Positions 46,647 through 56,655 are shown, counted from the first letter of the stretch. The stretch is 64,000 nucleotides of DNA from Thermodesulfobacteriota bacterium (GCA_964291405.2 OZ219926.1:2080001-2144000), one strand, 5' to 3'. Notes: generated by a model not told the origin, from the letters alone. Numbers and translations: made by a program.

Positions 46647-49241
46647 CTAGCCTGCGAGCCGACGGATAACGAGTTCCATAAGATAGAAGGCCATGGCAAG
46701 GGGTATGAGATAAGGCCAGAGCGGCAGTTGCTCGGCTGGTCCAAGCGGCGGGCTGAGGGTTGCCAACTCAGGGCTCAGTGCGCCGCCCGTTGCCTCTACC
46801 AACGTTTCAAAGAGGCGGAGATTGGGCTGGAGCTGAGGGGTTTCACGCGGCTGGAGACGGGGCAGCGTGTAGCCGAGAGGGCCAAACCGCTCCCCGGTAG
46901 GAAAGGTGCCCTCAAGGGTATAGTCGCCTGACATGCGGGTATCGTACTTTCCTTGGTAATGGCCGGGCGCTAAGCGTTCAAAAAGCAGGCGAGAGGCCAT
47001 CCCATCCGGCGTCGTGAGCGTTGCCGTGAGCGTTGCGTCGGCTTGGGCTGACTCTTTCGTCCCATAGAAAAACGCTTCAACCAGCAGCCCCGTCTCGTTG
47101 TGCCCGACCTCGACGGAAAACGGAGAGGCATACTGTCCATTGCGCTCGTCTCCCTCCTCTCGGGCAAAACTCCAGCGAACGGTTTGATTCCAGAACTGGC
47201 TGTAGCGGTCCCAGCGCACCCACGGCGCCGACCAACGCCCGCTCGCGTCTGAGGTAAACGCCGCTGCTCTGCCCTGACCGTAGGACCAGGAGGCCAAAAG
47301 GGGCAGTTGCTTGTCCGCATCCCGGACCGACAGGTCTGCTCGTGCTCCCTCTTTGAGTCGGGTTTGCACATAGCCTTTCACTGCCGGGAGTCGCTGCTGA
47401 TCTAAGCCCTTAAGCAGAGGGGAACGTGGGTTCGGAATGGGGTGCAGGAGCCGCTCAACCATAGTCTTTTCTTCCGGTTTCTCTTCCAACTCATCGAGGA
47501 AGAGGTCGGGTAGAGTCGACGGGTCTGTTGTATGGTAGAACGCCCCGCCACCGTAGTCTGCCAAACGAGATAACAGACGCAGGTTTGCTTGTTTGCCCAC
47601 GGCAATGGTTGAAATCGTAATCTTGAGGTTGTTCCGCAGCACTGAGGCAAGGTCCAGATAGTCGCTCCCGCTGCCGCCAGTCTCACCGTCGGTCAGGAGC
47701 ACAATATGTTTGCGGGTGGCATGCTGACGTTCCAACTGACGTTTGGCCTCTTGGAGGGCAGGCAGCAGAAACGTACCGCCGGACGGCTTTAAGCGGTCAA
47801 TCCGATCATCAAGCTGGGCACGTATTTTACCCAAATAGTCGAGTGGGGCCACTACAAACGGGGTTTTATCAAAACCGATGACCCCAAACAGGTCGGTATC
47901 TGTCAGGTTCCGGGCAACCGCCCGGGCTCCCAATTTCGCGTACAACAGTTTCCGCTGTTTCCGCATACTGCCGGACTTGTCAATAATCAGTAGCATGGCC
48001 GTCCGCTGCTCCTCTTTTTGGGGAGGGACGAGCCGCACAGGAAGGGCTTGCTCGATTGCCGTGCCAGCGTAGTGGCCCAGACCGAGGCTGCTTTCTCCTC
48101 CGACCATAATCAGACCACCACCATTTTTGACATAGGCATCCATCCCGCGCGCAAAGGCCGCAGGGAGTTGTTGGTGAGCAATATTATTAAGGATCACTGC
48201 AGTAAAGGTGTTGAGCGCGGGGACAGAAGCGGGTTGGGTATGCAGCGCAAGAGCCGTAACGGCGAGTCCACGACTGCTTAAAGCCTGTTCGAGATAGCGA
48301 CTGTCACGCGGGGTTGCACTGAGCAGCAAGACACTCGACTGCGGCGCAACCTGTACCCACGCGGTTGCCTGGTTGTCGTAGGGAATGGCGTCGGGCGCCT
48401 CAGGATACGGGGCGAAACTTGCATGTAAGGGGACGAGCCCACTGCCGGATAACTGCAGCGAATGGGTGAGGAAGGAGGCTCCTGGGCGGAGTTCGGTTTC
48501 CTGCTGCCAGACGACAGTATCGCGCTCGCGCACCGTCAGCTCACCCCGTGCAGGTTGAAGAGCAGTATTCTCCAATGCAATCGTAATCTCAATATCGTCT
48601 CCACCCGAGGTGGACTGCGGCGCACCAAAACGCTGGAGTGCGATATTGGGCGCGCGTTCTTCCGACGGTGGGGGCAGTGGGTAGAGGCGGAGGCCCTGCT
48701 TTGCCAGCGCAGAGAGCAGGGCTGTTACCGTTCCCTGCGTTTCCCAGCCATCGCTCAAGACATAGACCGGTCGGGGTTGGGGTTCTTCCAAAAGCTGACT
48801 CAGGGCAGCCTCAATATTGGTCTCTTCAGGCTGTACTCCTTCCGGAGGACTGACCAAAAGGGGAGGAATATCTTGCCAGGCTAGCCGCTGGTTCGCCCCC
48901 CCGAAGAGCACAACCGGGGTGTCTGGAGCGGGCCGTATATGGTCCGTAATCGTTTGCTGTATCCACTGCCGTTGGGTGGCGGTCATACTATCTGAGACAT
49001 CGATGACCAAGATGGGAGAAACGGGTTGTTGTTTGCCTCGGGTAGAGGGGCCAGCAGCTGCAAGGATGAGCACGATCAGGAAAAGCCCGCGAAGCACCAG
49101 ACTGGGCAACGAAGGACGCCGACGGAAAGCAAAACGTTGCAGTAAGAGGAAGAAAGGGATCGCAACAAGCCCGTACAGCACAGTCGGCCGGCTCCAGTCC
49201 AACGGAGGCAAAAGATCGGTTAGCAGCGTCAGGCCTTCCAT
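46647..49241 (-). CDS. membrane-anchored VWA / glutamine-amidotransferase-like domain protein
   Basis: Two MIDAS motifs (DVSDS, DKSGS), SDG/TDG, GGGLIMVGG and YGQGR. Confidence 0.85.
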   Translation of the reverse strand: MEGLTLLTDLLPPLDWSRPTVLYGLVAIPFFLLLQRFAFRRRPSLPSLVLRGLFLIVLILAAAGPSTRGKQQPVSPILVIDVSDSMTATQRQWIQQTITDHIRPAPDTPVVLFGGANQRLAWQDIPPLLVSPPEGVQPEETNIEAALSQLLEEPQPRPVYVLSDGWETQGTVTALLSALAKQGLRLYPLPPPSEERAPNIALQRFGAPQSTSGGDDIEITIALENTALQPARGELTVRERDTVVWQQETELRPGASFLTHSLQLSGSGLVPLHASFAPYPEAPDAIPYDNQATAWVQVAPQSSVLLLSATPRDSRYLEQALSSRGLAVTALALHTQPASVPALNTFTAVILNNIAHQQLPAAFARGMDAYVKNGGGLIMVGGESSLGLGHYAGTAIEQALPVRLVPPQKEEQRTAMLLIIDKSGSMRKQRKLLYAKLGARAVARNLTDTDLFGVIGFDKTPFVVAPLDYLGKIRAQLDDRIDRLKPSGGTFLLPALQEAKRQLERQHATRKHIVLLTDGETGGSGSDYLDLASVLRNNLKITISTIAVGKQANLRLLSRLADYGGGAFYHTTDPSTLPDLFLDELEEKPEEKTMVERLLHPIPNPRSPLLKGLDQQRLPAVKGYVQTRLKEGARADLSVRDADKQLPLLASWSYGQGRAAAFTSDASGRWSAPWVRWDRYSQFWNQTVRWSFAREEGDERNGQYASPFSVEVGHNETGLLVEAFFYGTKESAQADATLTATLTTPDGMASRLLFERLAPGHYQGKYDTRMSGDYTLEGTFPTGERFGPLGYTLPRLQPRETPQLQPNLRLFETLVEATGGALSPELATLSPPLGPAEQLPLWPYLIPLAMAFYLMELVIRRLAG

Positions 49242-49257
49242 AGTCGCAACCACCCAC

Positions 49258-51201
49258 TCAATGCTGTTCTCGGGCCTTATCTTTTCGAGCAACCCACCAC
49301 CACTCCAGACTACACAGGACAAGCACGGCGAGCAAAAGCCATGGCCAGATCGGCCGCTCATATGTTCGGCTCACGCGGTCTGTCTGGGGAATGTGAGACG
49401 GTCCGCCAGATTCGTCAACCACCAAGGAGAGTGGCCGGCCCAGGTCAGTCTCTTCCGGGCTCAGAAGATTGACGGCCACGAGACGGTCCACGCCATTTTC
49501 ACGAAAAGTATACACCCCCTGTCGGTCCAAGGAGAGGGCACGCTCGACAGGTTGAAAGCGGGTATCCCCAGGGAACCGAACGTGCACAGGCGAGTCCGTT
49601 GCCCTGGCCAGGTAGGACTGCGGGCTTAGCACTGCCCCTGTTTTATACAGAGCGGATTGCAAGGTCCGATCCGAGAGCCAGCCTAAAATATTCAGCGTCA
49701 AAATGGATGCCGGCAGGTTGCGCCTTCCCAGGTACGGCAGGAGGTCGAATCCCGTCACAACGTAGCGCCTCCCAGCCCGTTCTCCAGCCAGCAGGAGCGT
49801 GCCGACAGTGCTCTCAATGATGGGCGTATTCCACCCAGAGGGGTGGAGGGCTTGGGCATAGGCCGGGGTGAGCAAAGGAAAGGTGACATACGAGGTCAGG
49901 GGGTGACCGTGGGTCCAGTGGGTGAGCACGGGCTGCTGGGCGCTCCGTCCCAAGGAGAAGAGCGGATTGTCGTCCGGCGGCAGAAAAAAGGCCGCCGGCG
50001 TCTGGGGCAATGCTTCGGGGGCGGTCAGGTGAAAAAGGATACACCTGAACGCAGAGGCGTGCGTGACCGCAGCGGGGTTATAGTCCTGGGGGGTCATCAG
50101 CGTCAATTTGATATTTGGTATCTGCCCAAGACTGTCTCCGACCTCAGGCGTTGGGCTGACGAGTAAGACAGCAATCTCCTCAAGAGGCGGCAGAACGGCG
50201 TAGGCTTCGTTATCAACAGCCAGCCTATCTTTGTCTTGGCCTCCCCCCTTCCCTTCACCCAAAAGAATCCGGGCTCGGTAGCTCGTCGAGAGCGGGAGCC
50301 GGGAAAAGGAGAAGGTCTGCGCTGCCGGTTGTCCGACCTGCCGGACGGCAAAGCGCTGCTGGGTCTGGCCATCTTCGATGACAACCTGCCTCAGGGACAA
50401 CTGGGAGAGGGCGTCCTCGGTAGCGTGTATGCCGACCGTGGCATGAACCTCATCTGGAAAAAATGGGCTCCGGTATAAGCGGAATGTGCTGATTCCAATA
50501 TTGGGCTGGGCAGAGCCCACCGTCACCGTGCGGAGTGCGAGCTTCGATGTCTGCTCGCCGGAGGGCTGCGTCATAGGGCGATCGGTCACAAACAAGACGC
50601 GCTCAAAATCCTGATCGCGCAAGAGCCGGGCAAAAAAGGCAGAGAGTGTTGCATCGCTCGGGTCGGGCGCATCGCTGACACACATTCGCTCCCACACGGC
50701 CTGCATATCAGAGTCGGCCGTAATGGGTTCTTCAGCATCGGTCGAACCGGCGAGGGGATCGAGCAGTTCTTCGAGGGCCGCCCCAAGGGGATTGGTAGTG
50801 AAGATGCTGACACGCTGCCCGACCGGGATATTTGCCAGTTCCTGTTGAATTTTCTCTTTGGCCACCTCAAAAAGTGAGGTCTGGCCTGAAGGGTCGCGCG
50901 CCTGCATACTGGCTGAGGTATCGAGGACGAGCGCAATTTTTCCCGCGGTGTCGTATTGCAAGACCGGACGGGCGGCGACGGCAACCAATAACAGCAGGAT
51001 GAGGAGCTGAAGCAAAAAGAGTGGAGACAGTCGGATTCGGCCCCACAGGCGTCGCCGCGCCGGGGAAGAAATATCCTGGTAGAGAAAGAGGGCCGGAACG
51101 ACCCGGCGTTGATGTCGCTGCCGGAGTAAATACGGCACAAGCAGCAAGGGGAGTGCAAGCAGGAGAGAGAAGGCGGCCGGAGAAAGAAAACTGAACTGCA
51201 T
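49258..51201 (-). CDS. BatA N-terminal plus VWA domain protein
   Basis: FLSPAAF...LLVPYLL, LLQLLILLLLVAVAARP and DTSASM; C-terminal TM helix. Confidence 0.85.
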   Translation of the reverse strand: MQFSFLSPAAFSLLLALPLLLVPYLLRQRHQRRVVPALFLYQDISSPARRRLWGRIRLSPLFLLQLLILLLLVAVAARPVLQYDTAGKIALVLDTSASMQARDPSGQTSLFEVAKEKIQQELANIPVGQRVSIFTTNPLGAALEELLDPLAGSTDAEEPITADSDMQAVWERMCVSDAPDPSDATLSAFFARLLRDQDFERVLFVTDRPMTQPSGEQTSKLALRTVTVGSAQPNIGISTFRLYRSPFFPDEVHATVGIHATEDALSQLSLRQVVIEDGQTQQRFAVRQVGQPAAQTFSFSRLPLSTSYRARILLGEGKGGGQDKDRLAVDNEAYAVLPPLEEIAVLLVSPTPEVGDSLGQIPNIKLTLMTPQDYNPAAVTHASAFRCILFHLTAPEALPQTPAAFFLPPDDNPLFSLGRSAQQPVLTHWTHGHPLTSYVTFPLLTPAYAQALHPSGWNTPIIESTVGTLLLAGERAGRRYVVTGFDLLPYLGRRNLPASILTLNILGWLSDRTLQSALYKTGAVLSPQSYLARATDSPVHVRFPGDTRFQPVERALSLDRQGVYTFRENGVDRLVAVNLLSPEETDLGRPLSLVVDESGGPSHIPQTDRVSRTYERPIWPWLLLAVLVLCSLEWWWVARKDKAREQH

Positions 51202-51231
51202 GAGACTCAGCGCGAGGACGCGGGCGCCCGA

Positions 51232-52128
51232 CTATATCAGCAGCCCCAGCTCCGGCAGCTCGCGTAAGATAAAGTGGGGCAGGTCTTGATGGGTAATAAA
51301 ACGGGCATAGTGCACACCAGCTTGATGGCAGGAACTCTGGAGCTCACGATTGTGTCGGTCCAAGCGCTGCATATAGTTCTGTTTGGCCCGAGTGTCAAAA
51401 TAGACCACACTTTCCGCTTCGCTTTCACTGTCCGTCAGTCGGGCTCCGCCCGGAAAGAGCGGCGGATCAATTTCTTCATGGCCGAGAATCTGAATAAGCG
51501 CCAAGTCAAAGTTTGCGTCGCGCATCAGACTCAGGCCCGTGCGGACATCGGACAGAGGGAATAAAAAATCAGAAACCCACACCGCCTTACCCGGATGGTG
51601 GGACTGCTGCAACTGTTGGGCCAGCGATTGGACGACGTTGATCCGACCCGCTGGATTATAGACGTCAAGAAATTCCGCAACAGTGCCCAACCGCTGACGA
51701 CCCCGGAGGAACGGCGTTGTTGATGGGGCCGTTGCATCCGTGCTCAAGAGAGAAAGCTTGACGGCGTCGTTACTGGCCAGAACAACATGGGCAAGCGAGA
51801 GGATAATATCCCGAGCGGCTTCGGCCTTTCCGTCTTGAGCGGGGTAGGCCATAGAAGCGCTCCCGTCCAGGAAGAGTGAGGTATAGAGGTCCTCTTCTTC
51901 TTGAAACTGCTTAATATAGAGACGGTCAGTCCGGCCGTACAGATTCCAGTCAATATAGCGCAGGTCGTCGCCGGGGGTGTAGCGGCGATAATCCGCAAAT
52001 TCGAGCCCCGCCCCACGGCGCAGCGAAACATGGCCACCGGGACGGCTGCCAAGAAAGCGACGTCTGGTCTGAATGCGTAATGTTTCCAGCCGAGACAAGT
52101 AGTCTGACGTAAATAACGGTGGTAACAC
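51232..52128 (-). CDS. DUF58 protein
   Basis: EFADYRRYTPGDDLRYIDWN, DGSASM and SDF motifs. Confidence 0.92.
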   Translation of the reverse strand: MLPPLFTSDYLSRLETLRIQTRRRFLGSRPGGHVSLRRGAGLEFADYRRYTPGDDLRYIDWNLYGRTDRLYIKQFQEEEDLYTSLFLDGSASMAYPAQDGKAEAARDIILSLAHVVLASNDAVKLSLLSTDATAPSTTPFLRGRQRLGTVAEFLDVYNPAGRINVVQSLAQQLQQSHHPGKAVWVSDFLFPLSDVRTGLSLMRDANFDLALIQILGHEEIDPPLFPGGARLTDSESEAESVVYFDTRAKQNYMQRLDRHNRELQSSCHQAGVHYARFITHQDLPHFILRELPELGLLI

Positions 52129-52281
52129 CTGGGCTCCTATGTCACGGTCTCATATCGAAACTTATACCAGCGGCTGGTAGTGCATGGCTAGCAGGAAGTG
52201 GGTGTGTAGCGGGTCGTGCATGACACGTCCAACACCGCCCCTCATCGGCCTGCAGTCGGATGTACCGCGTCGTCCCGAGCG

Positions 52282-53427
52282 TCAGTCCTCTACAGGGACA
52301 AAGGCGGACGAACGATCTGGTGCCAAACAGCGTTCCAGAGCCCAGCGGGCAGCCAGGGCGTCGTCCCGAGCGTACTTGGATAAGAGCTCAAGCGCGGCTG
52401 GGGCCGGCTTCCAATCAAAACAGGCCTCCGAAGGGACAACGACCGCGGCTGGTCTGACAGCCCAGGGCTGAGCGCAAAAGATGATGGTCCTATAGGATGG
52501 TTGCGCCTGAAACCAGGCGAGTATGCGTGGCTCTATTTTTTTTGCGGCCCGGGTGAGACGATCCAGATCAGTAAAAGGCAGGGGCTCGGGACGAGCGCGG
52601 TCGAGACGGACCAAAACGAGTTCTTGGATACGTGCCCAATAATCCCTGGGCGAGGTAAGCAGGGCGGCGCGATCGCTCAGCTTGATAGTCCGAAACTCCT
52701 CGGGGTCGAGGGTAAAAGCAAGGATGCAGGTCGGATATGGAAATTCAACCGCGCGGTCATGCCACGGATACCACCGACCGGTCAGATCAAAAAAATGACG
52801 GACAACAAGCAGGCGATCCGTATTCAGCGGGTAAAGGCCGGAATCAATCGTCCCGAGATATGCCTCCGCATTCAAAATAAAGGTATAGGATTCGAGCGCA
52901 ACCAGAAACTGTTCGGTCACCCATCGCATTTCGGCATCGACGGGAATCAGCATGGTGGACAGTTGCTGAACGATTTCCCTGGGAAGATACGGGTTCGCCC
53001 AGCCAGCCTCGCTGTTATCCTGATGTCCGTCGGTTCGCGAGACAGCTGCACACTGATTCCAGCAGTCTAAGACCAGTTCAATATCCTCGGCATGGTCACT
53101 GGCTTTGATCGCCCCAAAATCGAGCAGAATTTCTCGCCCGACCAGGAAGGAATAACCAAGCATCCAGATGGCCAACGGAGAGAGCGTGGTGTCGAGTCGC
53201 CCGCTCCTCTGGGCAATCACCTGCGGGGTAGCCCGAGAAGAAAAGCGTCGAATATGCCCCGGAAGCGTCCAGAAAAGATGAGTGGCTGCAAGGGAAAAAG
53301 CCTGATTGACCGGAAGACGGGTTGGGGTGGGACCGACTGGTTGGAGGATTTCTTTGCGAAACTTCACCCCCATGCTGTGGATGAGCTGGTTTGTTACTCC
53401 ACGGTCATATGCGGATTTCTGGACCAC
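52282..53427 (-). CDS. hypothetical protein
   Basis: 381-aa ORF with globular composition filling the gap; no family confidently recognised. Confidence 0.65.
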   Translation of the reverse strand: MVQKSAYDRGVTNQLIHSMGVKFRKEILQPVGPTPTRLPVNQAFSLAATHLFWTLPGHIRRFSSRATPQVIAQRSGRLDTTLSPLAIWMLGYSFLVGREILLDFGAIKASDHAEDIELVLDCWNQCAAVSRTDGHQDNSEAGWANPYLPREIVQQLSTMLIPVDAEMRWVTEQFLVALESYTFILNAEAYLGTIDSGLYPLNTDRLLVVRHFFDLTGRWYPWHDRAVEFPYPTCILAFTLDPEEFRTIKLSDRAALLTSPRDYWARIQELVLVRLDRARPEPLPFTDLDRLTRAAKKIEPRILAWFQAQPSYRTIIFCAQPWAVRPAAVVVPSEACFDWKPAPAALELLSKYARDDALAARWALERCLAPDRSSAFVPVED

Positions 53428-53512
53428 TTTGGTCGGATTAGCGCAGGTACTGTGGACAGGTCAAGACGGGGATTTTAGGGGCTTCGTCGTCTGGGCGGAG
53501 GACTCCCTTCCC

Positions 53513-53567
53513 AAAGAGTAAACGTGTCCAGCATCTACCTGTGTATTGGAGAACACGTTTACTCTTT
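53513..53567. repeat. palindromic element, copy 4 (intergenic)
   Basis: AAAGAGTAAACGTGTCC-AGCATCTACCTGTGTATTGGA-GAACACGTTTACTCTTT; the loop is homologous to that of the ftsQ copy. Confidence 0.88.
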
Positions 53568-53585
53568 ATATCATGTAATACTGGC

Positions 53586-53693
53586 TCAACAGCAGGAGGA
53601 GCAGCGTGCGCACAGGTTGGCCAGCCGAGTGCCACACCCGGTGCAGAACTTCATCTCAGCCTGATCTGCAAAACCGCAATTTGCACACTGCAT
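53586..53693 (-). pseudogene. truncated double-zinc-ribbon N-terminus (typical of adenylate/guanylate cyclase-AAA proteins)
   Basis: GGAGG RBS, then MQCANCGFADQAEMKFCTGCGTRLANLCARCSSCC*, which stops part-way through the second ribbon. Confidence 0.65.
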
Positions 53694-53850
53694 ACCGGCC
53701 CTCCCTTCGTAGCTCGATAACCGGGGCAGCCAGGATTGCCAACCTTGTTGCGGTCTGACCCCTCCTGATGCGCCCCTCGTACTGACCGTCTGTTTCCGAT
53801 ATATGCCTTTCTGGAGTAAGGGCGGGTTGCACACCCGCTCCTACCTTATT

Positions 53851-56655
53851 ATGGAACGGCTCTACCTGCTCGTCGTCAACCGGCCGAAGACCCTGCTCCT
53901 TCTTCTCTTCATTCTCACCTGCATCTTTGGTGTGTACGCAAAAGATATTCGTCTGGACAGCTCGGTTGAGAGCCTCCTGAGCCAAGACAACCCGGACAGC
54001 CAGTATTACGCCGCAGTCCGCCAGCTCTTTGGCAGCGATGAAGTCGGGGTGGTCGGGCTGCTGGCCGCCGACATCTATACCACCGACGTCTTACACAAGA
54101 TTCAGCGTCTGACTGAGGCGCTTGAGAACGTCGAGGGAGTCCAGGAGGTGCTCAGCCTGACCAATGCGCTTGACCCGATTGCCGATGTGATCGAGCCGCC
54201 ACCTTTGGTCACGCAGGTTCCTACCGAGCAGGACGGTCTGGATGCGCTTCGCGAGACGCTGGCCGATCGGCCCATTTATCTCAAGAACCTCGTCTCCGCA
54301 GACGGAAAAGCCGCAGCCATCAACATCTTCTTCGCCGATATGGACGACGAGGAGTTTATGCGGCGGGGTATTGATGAGCAAATCCAAGCCATCCTCGATA
54401 CGGAACGCAAAACCGGGCCGGAACAACTATTTTATACCGGCCTGCCCCGCTTCAAGGTCTATTCCGCGCGGGCCATGCAGGACGATTTGAGCCGTTTCAT
54501 TCCGCTGACCCTCCTCGCTATTGTTCTTGTGCTCTTCTTGAGCTTTCGCTCCCTCCGTGGAGTCTTGCTCCCCGCCCTGACGATTCTGGTCAGTTTGATT
54601 TGGACGCTGGGCATCATGGTGCTCGCTGGGAGCAGCCTCAGCCTGGGGAGTATCGCCCTGCCGCCTCTGATTCTGGTCTTGGGCACTGCCTATTCGCTTC
54701 ACATGGTGGCCGAGTATTATGAGTTGGCCCGGCCAGACGGATCGGTCCGAGAGGTCGTGCTGGAGGCCCTTAAAAAAACCAGCCCGCCGATTTGTATCAC
54801 CGCGTTGACAACCGTGCTCGGCTTCCTCTCCTTGGGTGTGAACCCGCTCGCCAGTATTCGAGTAATGGGGATTTTCTCGTCGGTCGGTATTCTGATTGCT
54901 TTTCTCCTCTCCATTCTCCTGGTCCCGGCCGTGCTCATGCAGTTGCGCCTACCGGCCAGCCCGGCAGCAGCGTTTGCCCCTGGGGTCACCATGGGTCTGC
55001 AGCGCATCGGTCGCTTTGCCATTCAGAACCGCCTGAGCGTTATTGGTGCGGCGTTGCTTTTGGCCGTGGTAGCGATATGGAACTTCTCCTCGATTCAGGT
55101 CGATTCAAACTTTCAGTCCTTCTTTCGTCCCAACGACCCGGTTCGCCAGGCCACCGACGCCATTAATGAACATCTGGTCGGTAGCATGGCTTTTTATGTG
55201 GTGATTGATGGCGAAGAAAAAGACGTCATGAAACAGTGGGATACCTTACGCCGGATCAAAGATCTGCAATCCTATATCAACGGCCTGCCCGGTGTGGATA
55301 AAACCGTTTCATTTGTTGACTATTGTGAACTGCTCGACCGCGGAGCGCAGTCCGGTGGCGGGGAGCTTCTGGTCGGTCCGGGTGGTGAGATTATTACGGC
55401 CCCGCCACCGGACACGCCCACAACCTTCTGGCAGGAACCGTCTCAACTCCGCGCGGTCATGCAACTCGTCGCCGGTAGCCCGACCAGTTTTCGGTCTGTC
55501 GCCAGCCCGGACTTTGCGCGCTCGAATATCCTCGTCCGTACAACCCTCTCCGGCTCACAGGAGATTTCCGATCTCGCGGAGCGTATTAGCACCTACGCTC
55601 AAGAGCATTTCCCGCCCGACCTCAAGGTGCGTCCTACCGGCAATCTGATTCTCCTGACCGAGACCACCGGTGATATTATTACCGGCCAGATCCGCAGCCT
55701 GTCTCTGGCCGTCAGCATTATCTTCGTCATTATGTCGGCCATGTTTCTGTCCGCCCGGATCGGACTGATCGCCATGATCCCGAACATCTTTCCGATTGTC
55801 ATTTTTTTCGGATTGATGGGTCTCTCCGGCGCGGTTCTCAACCTTGGGACCAGCATTATCGCCGCGGTCGCCCTTGGTATCGCAGTGGATAATACGGTCC
55901 ACTTGATGACCCGGCTGAGCGCCGAGGTGCACGCGGCACCAGACCAAGAGACCGCCTTACTCCACACCCTCGGGACGGTGGGCAAGCCGAGTCTGTATGC
56001 CTCCGTCATCTTATTTCTCGGCTTTCTGGTGCTGTATTTTTCGACTTTTGTCCCAATTCAGGAATTTGGTATGCTCTCGGCGGCAACTATGATCGTGGCC
56101 TTTGGAGCGGATGTGATCTTGCTGCCAGCCTTGCTCGCCACCACCAAGATCATCACCCTGTGGGAAGTCTTATACCTGAAACTCGGACGTGACCCGCAGA
56201 AGACTATTCCCCTCTTTGCCGGGCTGCGTCCCGTGCAAGCCAAGATTGTCACGCTGATGGGCGAATTTCGAACCTTTGACAAAGGTGACTTTATCGTCAG
56301 ACAGGGAGATATGGGTCGGGAAATGTTCGTGCTGATTAATGGTAGGGCAGACGCCCGGATCAATATTGACGGCACGTCAAAGCTGCTCCGGACTATGGGA
56401 CGCGGCGATGTGATTGGCGAGATGGCCCTTATTCGTCAGAATCAGCGGACCGCGGACGTCATTGCCGTGGATGACGCTGAGGCGATTGTGGTGGACGAGC
56501 GCTTCTTGCATCGTATGCAAAAACGTTATCCGCGTATTGGCGCCCGGATATTCCTGAATATCGCTAAGATTGTGAGTGATCGTTTGGACGACGCGTCTCG
56601 ACGCGGGGTGGCAGACGGCGGCGCTCCTTCTTTGGAAGAGCAGCCAGGAAGCTGA
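53851..56655 (+). CDS. MMPL/RND family transporter with a C-terminal cyclic-nucleotide-binding domain
   Basis: Two RND halves (GIAVDNTVH), then GDFIVRQGDMG..GDVIGEMAL...RTADVIA. Confidence 0.88.
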   Translation: MERLYLLVVNRPKTLLLLLFILTCIFGVYAKDIRLDSSVESLLSQDNPDSQYYAAVRQLFGSDEVGVVGLLAADIYTTDVLHKIQRLTEALENVEGVQEVLSLTNALDPIADVIEPPPLVTQVPTEQDGLDALRETLADRPIYLKNLVSADGKAAAINIFFADMDDEEFMRRGIDEQIQAILDTERKTGPEQLFYTGLPRFKVYSARAMQDDLSRFIPLTLLAIVLVLFLSFRSLRGVLLPALTILVSLIWTLGIMVLAGSSLSLGSIALPPLILVLGTAYSLHMVAEYYELARPDGSVREVVLEALKKTSPPICITALTTVLGFLSLGVNPLASIRVMGIFSSVGILIAFLLSILLVPAVLMQLRLPASPAAAFAPGVTMGLQRIGRFAIQNRLSVIGAALLLAVVAIWNFSSIQVDSNFQSFFRPNDPVRQATDAINEHLVGSMAFYVVIDGEEKDVMKQWDTLRRIKDLQSYINGLPGVDKTVSFVDYCELLDRGAQSGGGELLVGPGGEIITAPPPDTPTTFWQEPSQLRAVMQLVAGSPTSFRSVASPDFARSNILVRTTLSGSQEISDLAERISTYAQEHFPPDLKVRPTGNLILLTETTGDIITGQIRSLSLAVSIIFVIMSAMFLSARIGLIAMIPNIFPIVIFFGLMGLSGAVLNLGTSIIAAVALGIAVDNTVHLMTRLSAEVHAAPDQETALLHTLGTVGKPSLYASVILFLGFLVLYFSTFVPIQEFGMLSAATMIVAFGADVILLPALLATTKIITLWEVLYLKLGRDPQKTIPLFAGLRPVQAKIVTLMGEFRTFDKGDFIVRQGDMGREMFVLINGRADARINIDGTSKLLRTMGRGDVIGEMALIRQNQRTADVIAVDDAEAIVVDERFLHRMQKRYPRIGARIFLNIAKIVSDRLDDASRRGVADGGAPSLEEQPGS

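Noticed and set aside
52267-52373. 16-nt direct repeat GCGTCGTCCCGAGCGT at 52267 and 52358
   Set aside because: An isolated pair at a gene end with no mobile-element or att-site context.
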